In this document: positions 63,531-64,000 of the stretch, in pieces
Layout: each line of letters starts with the position of its first letter
Position numbering within the stretch: position 1 is the first letter of the stretch
Source of the DNA: Felis catus
Taxonomy: Eukaryota
NCBI RefSeq assembly: GCF_018350175.1
Contig: NC_058369.1
Span: forward strand, 24,430,001-24,494,000
Direction of reading: 5' to 3'
DNA length: 64,000 bases
Translations under genes and position numbers: made by a program
Notes under the pieces: model-generated
What the model saw: only the letters and a program-made list of their open reading frames with translations
Told to the model about the DNA's origin: nothing
Database searches by the model: none

Positions 63531-64000
63531 CAGAGAACTAGGGGTCCAAACTTTCTATTATATGAGCTATCTAATATTGCATCTCATATTTATATCATTT
63601 TATTTTATAATATAACCACATAATTTAATTTTAACACATTATTTGCAAATTTCATTACCCTAACTACTAAGAACAAATCATTTCCCCCACAACTCACAAC
63701 TTAGGCTCACAGTTGAGAGCTCTAGCATTAATAACCATAAGAATGACATCAACACCAAAATATCCAGTGCGATCCTTCTTTGCAATCCAGTCAAAATGAC
63801 CAATTTTGGCACATCTGGACCCAAAAAGAAAAATAACCCAGGAGTTTACCACGTGTACAAAAAAGTAGGTTTTCTTCTACCTGGTTCCCTGTCAGTAACT
63901 GCATTCTCTCTTTTCTGCCCTGCCCATCTAGAAGAGCTCTCTGTTATCTGCATCAACAATACTACTGCATCTAAAAAGATCAAGTTGAAAATAGCCAAGT

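Noticed and set aside
1..64000. CRISPR arrays, operons, defence systems or other prokaryotic/viral systems
   Set aside because: The recurring repeats are dispersed SINEs with TSDs, not regularly spaced repeat-spacer units; the sequence is mammalian and carries no such genes

Overview
This is mammalian, carnivore-type DNA, most likely felid, judged from 20 Can-SINEs of SINEC_Fc/Fc2/Fc3 type and cat-type L1 3' ends. It reads as intronic or intergenic sequence. I recognise no intact protein-coding gene or host-gene exon. The only gene-derived sequence I can name is a processed SUMO1 pseudogene (52538-53935). Its ORF is still open but has lost the C-terminal di-glycine. It sits inside a MIR and carries a Can-SINE in its 3'UTR. 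The rest is layered transposon remains: Can-SINEs with readable target-site duplications (TSDs), truncated L1s (one splits a SINE, one appears 5'-inverted), two ERV1-class solo LTRs, ancient MIR/L2 elements and hAT MITEs, and microsatellites. Apart from SUMO1 and the L1 ORF2 remnants, the ORF track is SINE-, microsatellite- or chance-derived. I found no convincing new biological system. The best leads are a ~17 kb Can-SINE-free interval containing a CpG-retaining patch and exon-like segments, a compact CTCF+RFX motif pair, several splice-site-flanked candidate exons, and the GG-less SUMO1 retrocopy. Repeat family names come from my recollection of consensus sequences, not from a database search. 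Boundaries of ancient repeats are approximate.
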